NCBI RefSeq assembly: GCF_000012805.1
Contig: NC_007484.1
Span: 2,160,001 to 2,192,000, forward strand
From: Nitrosococcus oceani ATCC 19707
GTDB taxonomy: Bacteria; Pseudomonadota; Gammaproteobacteria; Nitrosococcales; Nitrosococcaceae
Direction: 5' to 3'
DNA: 32,000 bases
Made by a program: the position numbers and the translations under genes. The notes beneath the pieces are model-generated. The model was given only the letters and a program-made list of their open reading frames with translations, searched no databases and was not told where the DNA came from. The first letter of the stretch is position 1, and each line of letters opens with the position of its first letter. This document shows, piece after piece, positions 1 through 8,360 of this stretch.

Positions 1-1556
1 AGCCCTCCATCCGGCTCTCCACCGCCTTTGACCCCATCGTCTTGTATGGGGAGGACCCCGCGCCCCAGCCCGATGTCTTTGGCCGGATAGGCATGTCCGG
101 CGTGTCCGTGGCGAGCCTGGATGACTTCAAAAAGCTCTTCTCCGGTTTTGACCTGTGCCAGCCCAACGTCTCAGTGTCCATGACGATTAATGGTCCGGCT
201 CCCATGCTGCTGGCCTGGTTCTTTCATACCGCCATCGATCAGCAAGTGGAGAAATGCTTGCGCCGCCAAGGGAAGTGGAAAGCAGCCCAACAGCGGATCA
301 AGGTCTTCTACCGGGACCAACCCCGTCCTCGCTATGGCGGCGATCTGCCCTCCGGGCACGATGGCTTGGGCCTGGGGCTACTCGGTGTTTCTGGCGAACA
401 ATTACTGCCCCGGGAGCACTATGAACAGATCCGCGCCGATGTCCTCCGGCATATCCGGGGCACCGTGCAGGCCGATATTTTGAAGGAAGAGCAAGCCCAG
501 AACGAATGTATCTTTACCACCGAGTTTGGGCTCCGTCTGATGGGGGATATTCAAGAATATTTTATCGCCCACCAAATACGCCACTATTACAGCGTTTCCG
601 TCAGCGGTTACCATATTGCCGAGGCCGGCGCCAACCCCATCACCCAACTGGCCTTTACCCTGGCGAACGGGTTTACCCTGGTGGAATATTACCTCTCCCG
701 AGGCATGGCCATCGACGACTTTGCGCCCCAGATGAGCTTCTTCTTTAGTAACGCCCTCGATCCGGAATATGCGGTGATTGGCCGGGTGGCCCGGCGTATC
801 TGGGCCCGCGCCATGCGGGAGCGCTATGGCGCGTCTCCCCGCAGCCAAATGCTGAAATACCATATCCAAACCTCGGGGCGCAGCCTCCAGGCCCAGGAGA
901 TTAATTTCAATGATATCCGCACCACCCTGGAGGCCTTGTACGCCATTTACGACAACTGCAACAGCTTGCATACCAATGCCTATGACGAGGCGGTGACCAC
1001 CCCTACCGAGGAATCGGTACGCCGGGCTCTGGCCATTCAACTCATCATCAACCGGGAGCTGGGGCTGAATTACAACCAGAATGTCCTCCAGGGTTCTTTT
1101 CTCATCCAAGAACTGACTCGGCTGGTGGAAGAAGCCGTCTATCAGGAGCTCAATCGGCTCTCCGAGCGGGGCGGCGTGCTAGGCGCCATGGAAACCAATT
1201 ATCAACGCAATAAAATCCAGGAAGAAAGTCTTTACTATGAAAGCCGCAAACACGATGGCAACCTGCCCATCGTGGGAGTCAATATTTTCCCCTCCCTCCG
1301 CCCGGAAAAAACCCTTTTATCCGGCCAGCTTACTCGCTCCAGCAAGGAAGAAAAACAAGCCCAGGTGGAAGCCGTTGAACTTTTCAAACACCGCCAAGCC
1401 GCCCAAGCAGAGGCGGCCCTGGCCCAACTCCAGCAGGTAGTCCGCCGAGGCGGCAACAGCTTTGAGGCGCTGATGCGCACCGTGCAACACTGCACCCTGG
1501 GGCAAATTACCCATGCCCTCTATGGCGTGGGAGGGCAATACCGGCGGCGGATGTAA
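1..1556 (+). CDS. icmF: B12-dependent acyl-CoA mutase catalytic domain, IcmF-like (fused isobutyryl-CoA mutase family); 5' end lies outside the window
   Basis: The frame is open from nt 3, with no stop before the TTG at 42. Motifs [43 protein letters not shown] and the C-terminal GGQYRRRM match the methylmalonyl/isobutyryl-CoA mutase substrate barrel as I recall it for IcmF-type enzymes. Confidence 0.85.
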   Translation, partial: PSIRLSTAFDPIVLYGEDPAPQPDVFGRIGMSGVSVASLDDFKKLFSGFDLCQPNVSVSMTINGPAPMLLAWFFHTAIDQQVEKCLRRQGKWKAAQQRIKVFYRDQPRPRYGGDLPSGHDGLGLGLLGVSGEQLLPREHYEQIRADVLRHIRGTVQADILKEEQAQNECIFTTEFGLRLMGDIQEYFIAHQIRHYYSVSVSGYHIAEAGANPITQLAFTLANGFTLVEYYLSRGMAIDDFAPQMSFFFSNALDPEYAVIGRVARRIWARAMRERYGASPRSQMLKYHIQTSGRSLQAQEINFNDIRTTLEALYAIYDNCNSLHTNAYDEAVTTPTEESVRRALAIQLIINRELGLNYNQNVLQGSFLIQELTRLVEEAVYQELNRLSERGGVLGAMETNYQRNKIQEESLYYESRKHDGNLPIVGVNIFPSLRPEKTLLSGQLTRSSKEEKQAQVEAVELFKHRQAAQAEAALAQLQQVVRRGGNSFEALMRTVQHCTLGQITHALYGVGGQYRRRM

Positions 1557-1983
1557 CCGGCCCGAATAATTCATAGGATCACCACGAAGGCACGAAAGAC
1601 ACAAAGAAATCTAAAAATTAAATGTTGACAGGGGCATTTGCCCGGACAAAAATGAATGGAAGCTAATAGAAACAGGCACTTAGCTTGATTCTGCCAGGAT
1701 TAGATCTCACTTTTAACGTTTTATAAGGCGTCGTTTAGGAGGTCTACTGGTAGTTAGGGCGGCAGCTTAGTTGTCGGACCTAAATATAGATGCAAACTTA
1801 AAAATGGTCAAATTCGAGCAGATAATTTTTCCAATGTAATGTTGTGCTTTGATGATGACGCAATGGCACGTATGAGGGGTACGCCTGAATATATTGCCTC
1901 TAGAATTTTCCAAAATGCTAAGGAAGATGTATTAGAGTATCTTACTAAGAACGAGACGTCTACCTCTTGTTCTTTTTGACAGC

Positions 1984-2286
1984 ATGGAAAAATATCCTAT
2001 TTCAAATGAAACTTTTGGCATGAGTATGAGTGGATTTCTTAGAGCCATCAATCATATCTATAGGTCATACAACTGTATCCGAGTTATCTTTGCTCTGCCT
2101 ATTGTCGTTCTCTCTATCATCATGGGATCAATTTATTTAGCCTTTACCCATCAGGATCCGCATTGGATAAATAGAGGAGGTGCGCTATTGGCAGCCGTAG
2201 CTGCTTCGCTCGCAATTATGGAGGCGACACTCGAACGTCGTATAACTGAAGAAAAATTATCATCGGCATCAACTCCTAAATCTTAA
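1984..2286 (+). CDS. Small hypothetical membrane protein; the same frame stays open for 64 more codons after the TAA, to nt 2478
   Basis: 100-codon ORF in AT-rich DNA with hydrophobic segments (IRVIFALPIVVLSIIMGSIYLAF, GGALLAAVAASLAIM). I recognise no family. An in-frame TAA at 2284-2286 is followed by an open frame containing another hydrophobic segment. Confidence 0.35.
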   Translation: MEKYPISNETFGMSMSGFLRAINHIYRSYNCIRVIFALPIVVLSIIMGSIYLAFTHQDPHWINRGGALLAAVAASLAIMEATLERRITEEKLSSASTPKS

Positions 2287-2550
2287 AAGGGTCTTTCTGG
2301 TTTTGTGACATCTACAGCTTCTCGCATACGTAACGCTAGATTTCGGGTAGCACAAAGTAAGTTGACCGCCGAAAAACTAAGGACAGTATTCTTTACGAGT
2401 TTGATCGCCGTACTAGGAGAAATACTACACGGATTTGGCGATCCTTTGTTTAAGCTTGTAACAAAATAACTAATTAAAATAAGTGATGATTATTTGGTAT
2501 TTCAAGCCGATAATATTTCAAAACGGGCTTGAAAAATTGAATTATGAACT

Positions 2551-2616
2551 GCCTAACAAGACCAATGTACTCGGACCGCTCCCTTCGGTCGCGGCCGGTG
2601 ATCGGCGACGATGGGC
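2551..2616 (+). other. attC-like imperfect palindromic element (E1), degenerate
   Basis: Starts with GCCTAAC (fits the inverse core RYYYAAC) and has a GC-rich centre. It ends with ACGATGGGC, where canonical attC has GTTRRRY. Length is 66 bp and it lies 14 nt upstream of the DUF29 start codon. Arm pairing is poor. Confidence 0.3.
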
Positions 2617-2630
2617 AATGAGAGAGGAAG

Positions 2631-3068
2631 ATGAGTGTAAATAAATCTTACGCAACAGATTTTAATCTATGGGTTCAACAAACAGCTAGGCTTTTGCGTG
2701 AACATCGCTGGCAAGATATTGATTTGGAGAATTTAGTTGAGGAGATTGAAGACTTGGGTAAGAGTGAAAGAAGAGGTATTATAAGTCAATTAACTCGCCT
2801 CTTACTTCATCTACTCAAGTGGCAATATCAACCTCAACGACGCTCAGATAGCTGGCTTGACTCTATCACTGATGCCAGGCTCCAAATTGAACTAACGGTT
2901 AAAGATAGTCCTAGTTTAAAAGATTATCCGTTAGAACAGCTTAATCGGAGTTATAAAAACGCACGCCATAGTGCATCCAAACAAACAGTACTTCCTGTTT
3001 CAGCATTTCCTGAAGAATGTCCATATTTATTAGAAAATATTCTTAATGAAGATTGGTTGCCAGAGTAA
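2631..3068 (+). CDS. DUF29 domain-containing protein
   Basis: 145 aa with a GAGG-type RBS at 2624-2627. The DUF29 pattern is clear: DFNLW..QTARLLRE..W.DIDLENLVEEIEDLGKSERR...S.L..LL.HLLKWQYQP....SW..SI...R..IE......PSLK. Confidence 0.85.
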   Translation: MSVNKSYATDFNLWVQQTARLLREHRWQDIDLENLVEEIEDLGKSERRGIISQLTRLLLHLLKWQYQPQRRSDSWLDSITDARLQIELTVKDSPSLKDYPLEQLNRSYKNARHSASKQTVLPVSAFPEECPYLLENILNEDWLPE

Positions 3069-3073
3069 GCTTG

Positions 3074-3143
3074 GTCTAACTATTCGTTGCAGCTGACCGC
3101 CTTCCGCTTCGCTCCAGGCGGTAGCTGAACTCTTACGATAGGT
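3074..3143 (+). other. attC-like imperfect palindromic element (E2)
   Basis: Starts with GTCTAAC (RYYYAAC) 5 nt after the DUF29 stop and ends with ACGATAGGT. It folds as CTATTCGT/ACGATAG with one unpaired T, and CAGCTGACCGCC/GGCGGTAGCTG with one unpaired G. Length is 70 bp. Confidence 0.4.
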
Positions 3144-3151
3144 CGAAGTTG

Positions 3152-3668
3152 AGCCCACGGTCGCCACCGCCTTTGACCCCATCGTCTTGTATGGCGAGGA
3201 CCCTGCGCCCCAACCCAACGTCTCGGCGTCCATGGCCATTAATGGTCCAGCCTTCATGCTGCTGGCCTGGCTCCTCCATACCGCCATCGACCAGCAAGTG
3301 GAGAAATACTTGCACCACCAGGGAACGCAATAAAATCCTCTTTACTATGAAAGCCGCAAACACGATGGCAGCTTACCCATTGTGGGAGTCAATATTTTCC
3401 CCTCCCTCCAGTCGGAAAAAACCCTTTTTTTTGGCTGGCCAACCTACTCGCTCTAGCAAAGCAGAAAAACAAGCCCAGGTGGAAGCCGTCTAACTTTCAA
3501 ATGCCACCACGTCACTGAAGCGGAGGCGTCCCTAACACAGCTCCAGCAGGTAGTCCGCGAGGCGGCAACAGCTTTGAGGAATTACTGCACGCCGTACAAC
3601 ACTGCACTCTGGGACAAATCACCTATGCCCTTTATAGTGTAGGGAGACAATATCGGCGGCAGATTTAG
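3152..3668 (+). pseudogene. Relic second copy of the IcmF-like mutase gene (5' block plus 3' block; middle of about 930 bp deleted; frameshifts and stops)
   Basis: nt 3152-3325 align by eye to nt 1-274, minus a 93-bp segment. nt 3326-3668 align to nt 1206-1556, down to a diverged ...QYRRQI* end. A 10-bp deletion, a T8 run and several stops are present. Confidence 0.85.
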
Positions 3669-3740
3669 AAAGAAAAAAAGGCTTTTGCTCCCATGTTTTT
3701 TTAATTTATTCTTAGTTCAGTAACTATTTGAATTTTCGTT

Positions 3741-4982
3741 ATGATGCACAACCTGGGAAAAATTATGAAGCGATTAGGGCGCATTATCGTTATTTTGATG
3801 GGGACACTTGCCTTGGTTCTACACATATCAATATCTTCTGCTTCTGAACACGGTAACATTAATGGGCTTCATCAAAGCGAAGCTAATAAAACCTATAATG
3901 AACCACTCTCGCTCATCCATCCCGGATCTCCCCGTGGGGTGACTGGAAAGACTTTTCAGTACACTGAACTCGACACCCCTCTTGGGGGACGTTACTTCAT
4001 CAGCGATATACTTACCGAGAGCACAGCCTGGCAATTGTGGGACGGCTCATCAGCAGAGCTATTCGATATCACTGAACAAAGTCCAGAAAATTACGACAAT
4101 GCCCATAATCACTATCAATCGCTGCTAGTGGAGCTGGTGTCGGTTCTCCCTGGAGCCAATGCCGTACCCATTTGGGGGGACTCTACAGCAGCTGTTTCCG
4201 GCGCGTCAGCGTGGGGCTCTTTCTTCTCCGCCCGTTCTAACTGTGATAATCAGGTTATCAAAACGGCATTACCGCAAGCAGAGAAAGAATGCAGCGAAGA
4301 TTTTGATGCCCAACTGACTGGACTAGAGATTGATGTCCTGAATGCAGGAAAGCCGGGGGTATATCCCAATATGGCCAAGCATGGAGTGCAAATAGTCGGG
4401 TTTGGTAATCCCAACTCCCATGCCCTTTCCATTATCGCCCATGGTTTCAACCGGCCGGAAGGCGAGCAAGACGGCCAATTCGAAGCGGTGATCTATGCCC
4501 AGAACGCGCTGGTACCCAAGTATGGGCGGTTTATGGTTTCGGATCAAAGCCAAGCAATGATGGGAATCGACTACCGGAAGACGTTATTCACGCAAGGTGC
4601 TGGACTGTTTCGCTCTGATGGCGTTGGAACAGGCTTGATTTTCAATGAAGGAACAGGAGGCGAAATCTACGCTGGCAGTCGGTGGCCCGGTTTGGAGACA
4701 GATAACTGGCTGACGCTTCGGGCAGGCAGGGGCGGTCTGCGGATTGTGAGCAACGACAATACAGAGGAACTCCTCGTAGTGGATAGAGACGGCAAAGTAA
4801 GTATCAAGGGGATTCCCCTTCATAAAACCATTATTCAAGCACTAGAACCCTCATCGGCCACAGGGTGGGTGCCGACCCTCATAATTTTAATACTTTTTGT
4901 TGGTGCCTGCGGAGTAGCCGTGGGATTTTTTATTGCCCGCAGCTTAATTCGAAAAGAACTTTCCGCTTTGGCTCGCAAGTAA
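3741..4982 (+). CDS. Hypothetical secreted protein with a C-terminal transmembrane anchor (orphan)
   Basis: 413-codon ORF. A likelier start is ATG 3765 (MKRLGRIIVILMGTLALVL.., GGGA 6 nt upstream). It has an N-terminal signal-like segment and a C-terminal helix WVPTLIILILFVGACGVAVGFFIA followed by basic residues. I recognise no family. Confidence 0.6.
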   Translation: MMHNLGKIMKRLGRIIVILMGTLALVLHISISSASEHGNINGLHQSEANKTYNEPLSLIHPGSPRGVTGKTFQYTELDTPLGGRYFISDILTESTAWQLWDGSSAELFDITEQSPENYDNAHNHYQSLLVELVSVLPGANAVPIWGDSTAAVSGASAWGSFFSARSNCDNQVIKTALPQAEKECSEDFDAQLTGLEIDVLNAGKPGVYPNMAKHGVQIVGFGNPNSHALSIIAHGFNRPEGEQDGQFEAVIYAQNALVPKYGRFMVSDQSQAMMGIDYRKTLFTQGAGLFRSDGVGTGLIFNEGTGGEIYAGSRWPGLETDNWLTLRAGRGGLRIVSNDNTEELLVVDRDGKVSIKGIPLHKTIIQALEPSSATGWVPTLIILILFVGACGVAVGFFIARSLIRKELSALARK

Positions 4983-4989
4983 ATCGCAA

Positions 4990-5800
4990 CGACAGTCAGA
5001 ACCAACGCTTGCACATTAACAACTTCAAGGAGGGGATTCTTGCTTCGTTACATCGTTTACTTGATGTATACCCTTTATCGATACCAACAAGCGCTCGTCC
5101 ATACGAAAGCGACTTGTATCCAAATGTGCCTCACAAATTCATACCATCCAGCATCCGCTATGGATTTAGACAGACAACGATTTTTCTGCATATTGCTGAT
5201 TGCAAGTGTTTCAATAACTATAGTTTGATTTTCACTAATAAGCTGTGTTGAGAGCTCATGCAAAAAGTCTTTTCGCGAATCAGTGATTCTGGCCTGTAGC
5301 CTTGCCATCTTTAAATAAGCTTTTGCAGGATTACTTAACCCTTTCTTTTTGCAAAACGGCGTTGTAATTTGGCTAAAATTAACTGATTTTTTCTGAACAT
5401 ATTTGAGTACGCTATCCTTTTTCCCGTTAAAAATAGTAGCGAAATGAGTTAAGCCTAAATCAATTCCGATAGCTTCTTGCATTACTTCTTTATTAGAAAC
5501 TGATTCATCGCAAAACATGGATACGAAAAAAACGCCCTGCTTTACCCTTGGTAGCCGTCACAGTAGTGACTCTGGCAGCTTTCAGAATAGTCCTTGAAAA
5601 ATTTGATAGCAAGCGGCTCTTTTATCTTCGCAAGCGCAAGTTTCTTGCCGTTCCATCTTAAACGCACTGGCGGTGTATTTGGCAGCTTGTTTGTGGTGCT
5701 TGTTCTTGAATGTCGTTAGAAGGAGGTGCGTTTTCTTTCCCGCTATTTAGGGCGGGAGGAAAGCGCGAAAAGCAGATAATTGCTTCCAAGGATATCAATC
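4990..5800 (-). pseudogene. tnpB: IS200/IS605-family TnpB (OrfB) relic, frameshifted and 3'-truncated
   Basis: The minus-strand ORF 5075-5518 carries RuvC-type motifs: IGIDLGL, RKDFLHELSTQLISENQTIVIETLAISNMQKNRCLSKSIADAGWYEF. After a frameshift comes YKSLSYGRALVGIDKGYTSSKRCNEA, the start of the Zn-finger region. N-terminal pieces continue in other frames above 5520. The upper boundary is approximate. Confidence 0.75.
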
Positions 5801-6111
5801 GTATAATGAAAGATTGGAGCCTAAAAATCGCCGACGTAAATAAAGCGGTGGATCAACTTTATACTCAGTGCAGCATTTTTATCCCGGTTACTCCGAGAAC
5901 CCCCTTCCTTCAGGGAGAGGAGGATGTCAAAAATATCCCTTATTCAGCAGCCGACGATACTTTCCCTACAAAAAGCGCTTTCCTTGCCGTTAATATAATC
6001 TCTTGAGACACACCTGCTAGGATTAAGCTTGAAAAAAGACACTTCAACTCACGCCTTGCACCATCTACACACAGTGTCTTCACTTGAAATTGATTTATTT
6101 ATGTTACTCAT

Positions 6112-7851
6112 GTGGAAATAAAAATGAAAATCAAATGTATATTTTGGAAAAACGTAACATTCGCGCTAACTATATTAACACCGCTGCCTTTACTGGCAGA
6201 AGCAACTTCAGCGCCGGTAGCTATAGATCAGGGTGCTGAGTGGACAGCTTCTGCTCAAAAAGATTTTTATAGCCGTGATCAAGGCTCGCGGATCATGCCG
6301 CTTCGCTGGATGGCTGCGTTGAAACAGCCAAATGGCGAACCTTTCATGGCGGCGAGTCTTAGTCGGTATGGTTATCTGCCGAACGAGGACAGCAACCCCC
6401 CCGGCCTGCCGGTGGGCTTTACCGTCGCCAGCGGTAGCGATGGCCAATATATCGGCATGACCTGTGCTGCATGTCACACACGGCAGATCGAGGTAGCAGG
6501 GACTTTTTATCGGATCGATGGTGGCCCGGCTATTGCTGATTTCCAGAGTTTCCTGGCCGATCTCGATACTGCGGTAAATACTATCCTTACCGATCAACAA
6601 GCCTTTAAGAATTTCGCCCATGCGGTACTTGGCCCGTCGCCAACGACAAGCGAAGAGAATAAGCTGCATGAGGCAGTGCAAACTTGGTATTTGCCTTATC
6701 ACACGCTGATGGAAGGTGCGTTGCCACCCTCGCCCTGGGGACCAGCGCGTCTCGATGCCGTATCCATGATTTTTAACCGACTTACCGGCCTGGATATTGG
6801 CCCCCCTCCTACTTACATGATTCCAGAAAATATTAAGCCTGCCACGGCACCGGTACGATATCCTTTTCTTTGGAACGCGGCAATCCAGGATAAGACACAG
6901 TGGCCTGGTTTCGCTGACAATGGCAACAATATTCTGGGGCTCGCGCGTAATCTTGGAGAAGTCTACGGAGTCTTCGGCGTTTTTCATCCTAAAAAGGATA
7001 AGTGGCGACTGCTTGGGATTAATTACCTAGCCAATAATTCAGCTAATTTCCAAGGCTTAAATGCATTGGAGAATCTGGTGCGAAAAATTGGCCCGCCGAA
7101 ATGGCCATGGGAAGTAGATCAAGCTCTTGCTAGCAAGGGCAAGGAAGTTTTTGAGCGTAAGGCTGAACAGGGCGGTTGTATTGGCTGTCATGGGATCAAA
7201 CCTGGGGAAACCCGCTTCTTGAACCAAAAAACCTGGGCCACGCCGATTCAAGATGTCGGTACGGACTCCAAAGAATATGAAATCCTTGGCTGGACTGTTA
7301 AGACCGGCGTGCTTGAAGGCGCGAAAATTCCTTTCCTTGCCGAACCGCTTAAACCTGTTGACACAGCCTTCAATGTACTGGGAACATCCGTCATCGGCTC
7401 TATCCTCCAGCATTACGTTCCAGTTTTGATGAAGTCAGAAGAACATGCTAAGACCGAGGGTAAGCGCCCACTGTTCACACCGGAGACCGAAGATCTCAAA
7501 GGCGCGTTTAGAATGCCAACGTTGGCTACCGCTACGCCTACCTATGCTTACGAATCGCGGGTACTTCAAGGAATATGGGCAGCCGCTCCATACCTCCACA
7601 ATGGATCGGTGCCAACACTAGCTGAGTTACTAAAACCAGCAGCCGAACGGGTTCGTTCATTCAAAGTAGGCCCAGCTTATGATCTGGTTGATATCGGACT
7701 TGCTGTCGAGCAAACCCAGTTTGACTATACTTTAGAGACTACCGATTGCAGTGATCGCAACTCAGGAAATAGTCGCTGTGGCCATGAATTTGGTACCCAA
7801 CTTTCAGCGGACGAGAAAAAGGCGCTGCTTGAATACCTTAAAATTCTTTAA
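6112..7851 (+). CDS. Secreted protein with two CxxCH haem-binding motifs, cytochrome c peroxidase / MauG / RoxA-like superfamily
   Basis: Signal peptide; the likely start is ATG 6124 (MKIKCIFWKNVTFALTILTPLPLLAEA). The two haem c motifs are CAACH (MTCAACHTRQ) and CIGCH (GGCIGCHG). The APYLHNGSVPTLAELL motif is typical of CCP/MauG-type proteins. Confidence 0.75.
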   Translation: MEIKMKIKCIFWKNVTFALTILTPLPLLAEATSAPVAIDQGAEWTASAQKDFYSRDQGSRIMPLRWMAALKQPNGEPFMAASLSRYGYLPNEDSNPPGLPVGFTVASGSDGQYIGMTCAACHTRQIEVAGTFYRIDGGPAIADFQSFLADLDTAVNTILTDQQAFKNFAHAVLGPSPTTSEENKLHEAVQTWYLPYHTLMEGALPPSPWGPARLDAVSMIFNRLTGLDIGPPPTYMIPENIKPATAPVRYPFLWNAAIQDKTQWPGFADNGNNILGLARNLGEVYGVFGVFHPKKDKWRLLGINYLANNSANFQGLNALENLVRKIGPPKWPWEVDQALASKGKEVFERKAEQGGCIGCHGIKPGETRFLNQKTWATPIQDVGTDSKEYEILGWTVKTGVLEGAKIPFLAEPLKPVDTAFNVLGTSVIGSILQHYVPVLMKSEEHAKTEGKRPLFTPETEDLKGAFRMPTLATATPTYAYESRVLQGIWAAAPYLHNGSVPTLAELLKPAAERVRSFKVGPAYDLVDIGLAVEQTQFDYTLETTDCSDRNSGNSRCGHEFGTQLSADEKKALLEYLKIL

Positions 7852-7861
7852 CGAAGAATAC

Positions 7862-7892
7862 GCCTTCCTCTTAGTAATGCTGAGAGGAAGGC
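7862..7892 (+). terminator. Hairpin 11 nt after the haem-protein stop (10-bp perfect stem, no U-tract)
   Basis: GCCTTCCTCT (7862-7871) pairs with AGAGGAAGGC (7883-7892) across an 11-nt loop. It is followed by ACACGCGC, so it is not a classical intrinsic terminator. Confidence 0.35.
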
Positions 7893-7998
7893 ACACGCGC
7901 TAATACCCGCGACAATAGGACTGAGGCCAATCTTTATTCAGAGGTGAGATGAGGGGATCTTCTTGATCACCACCGAACCCTCGAGCTTCTAGCAGCAG

Positions 7999-8054
7999 TG
8001 CCTCCATCGACTCACGGTAAAGCGAAGCACAGAGTTGATGGAGGCATTTGCTTT
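7999..8054 (+). terminator. Second hairpin with a T-rich tail between the convergent haem-protein and PepSY genes
   Basis: TGCCTCCATC (7999-8008) pairs with GATGGAGGCA (8037-8046). The loop is 28 nt and the tail is TTTGCTTT. The large loop lowers confidence. Confidence 0.3.
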
Positions 8055-8070
8055 AAACAGAACTTCTAGG

Positions 8071-8334
8071 CTAATCGTCAACCTTATTTGACAAGATCTT
8101 GCCAGAAGAAGGATCGACTTCCAATTCAAGCTTTTGGTTATCTTTGTAAACGTCAACTTCCCATTTGTCGTCATCAAACTCTATTTCCGAGATTTGCTTG
8201 AACCCTTGTTCTTCAAGGCTTTTCACAATCTCTGAGAGCGGCTTGCTATCTTTTGGTGGTTTATCGCCTGCTAACACCATGGTTGGAAGGATAGTAAGCA
8301 CCGAAACGATGCTAATGATTGTAGCTAATTTCAT
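8071..8334 (-). CDS. PepSY domain-containing periplasmic protein
   Basis: 87 aa with signal peptide MKLATIISIVSVLTILPTMVLA. The rest reads as a PepSY-type fold: LSEIVKSLEEQGFKQISEIEFDDDKWEVDVYKDNQKLELEVDPSSGKIL. Confidence 0.75.
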   Translation of the reverse strand: MKLATIISIVSVLTILPTMVLAGDKPPKDSKPLSEIVKSLEEQGFKQISEIEFDDDKWEVDVYKDNQKLELEVDPSSGKILSNKVDD

Positions 8335-8360
8335 AGTTTTTCCTTTTTGAAAAATTTATT

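Noticed and set aside
171-1604. Track ORFs overlapping the mutase gene on either strand: antisense 171-359, 402-1109, 1235-1495 and 1317-1604; alternate-frame sense 190-483, 506-748 and 1237-1440
   Set aside because: They lie entirely within or overlap a strongly supported CDS, have biased Arg/Gly/Pro-rich composition typical of shadow frames, and carry no recognisable motifs.
2551-3143. Reading the two attC-like elements on the minus strand. This gives perfect GTTAGGC and GTTAGAC cores, with imperfect inverse cores GCCCATC and ACCTATC.
   Set aside because: The tight ORF-then-element packing and the left-half resemblance to known attC sites fit the plus orientation better. The ambiguity is real and is left to a covariance-model test.
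3030-3493. ORFs 3030-3287(-), 3133-3363(-) and 3149-3493(+)
   Set aside because: They fall inside the mutase pseudogene relic and attC-like element. The plus-strand one is an out-of-frame reading of the relic. They are best explained as decay products.
5710-6006. 98-codon plus-strand ORF containing TPRTPFLQGEEDVK. This reminded me of the conserved peptide often encoded where the guide RNA overlaps the 3' end of tnpB, and so of a possible third IS relic.
   Set aside because: The resemblance is a few residues from memory. The region may equally be the antisense strand of the N-terminal part of the 4990-5800 TnpB relic. There is no RBS and no other TnpB motif in that frame.
6208-7413. Antisense ORFs 6208-6987 (259 aa) and 7057-7413 inside the two-CxxCH haem protein gene
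   Set aside because: These are shadow ORFs of a well-supported CDS, Arg-rich and without motifs.
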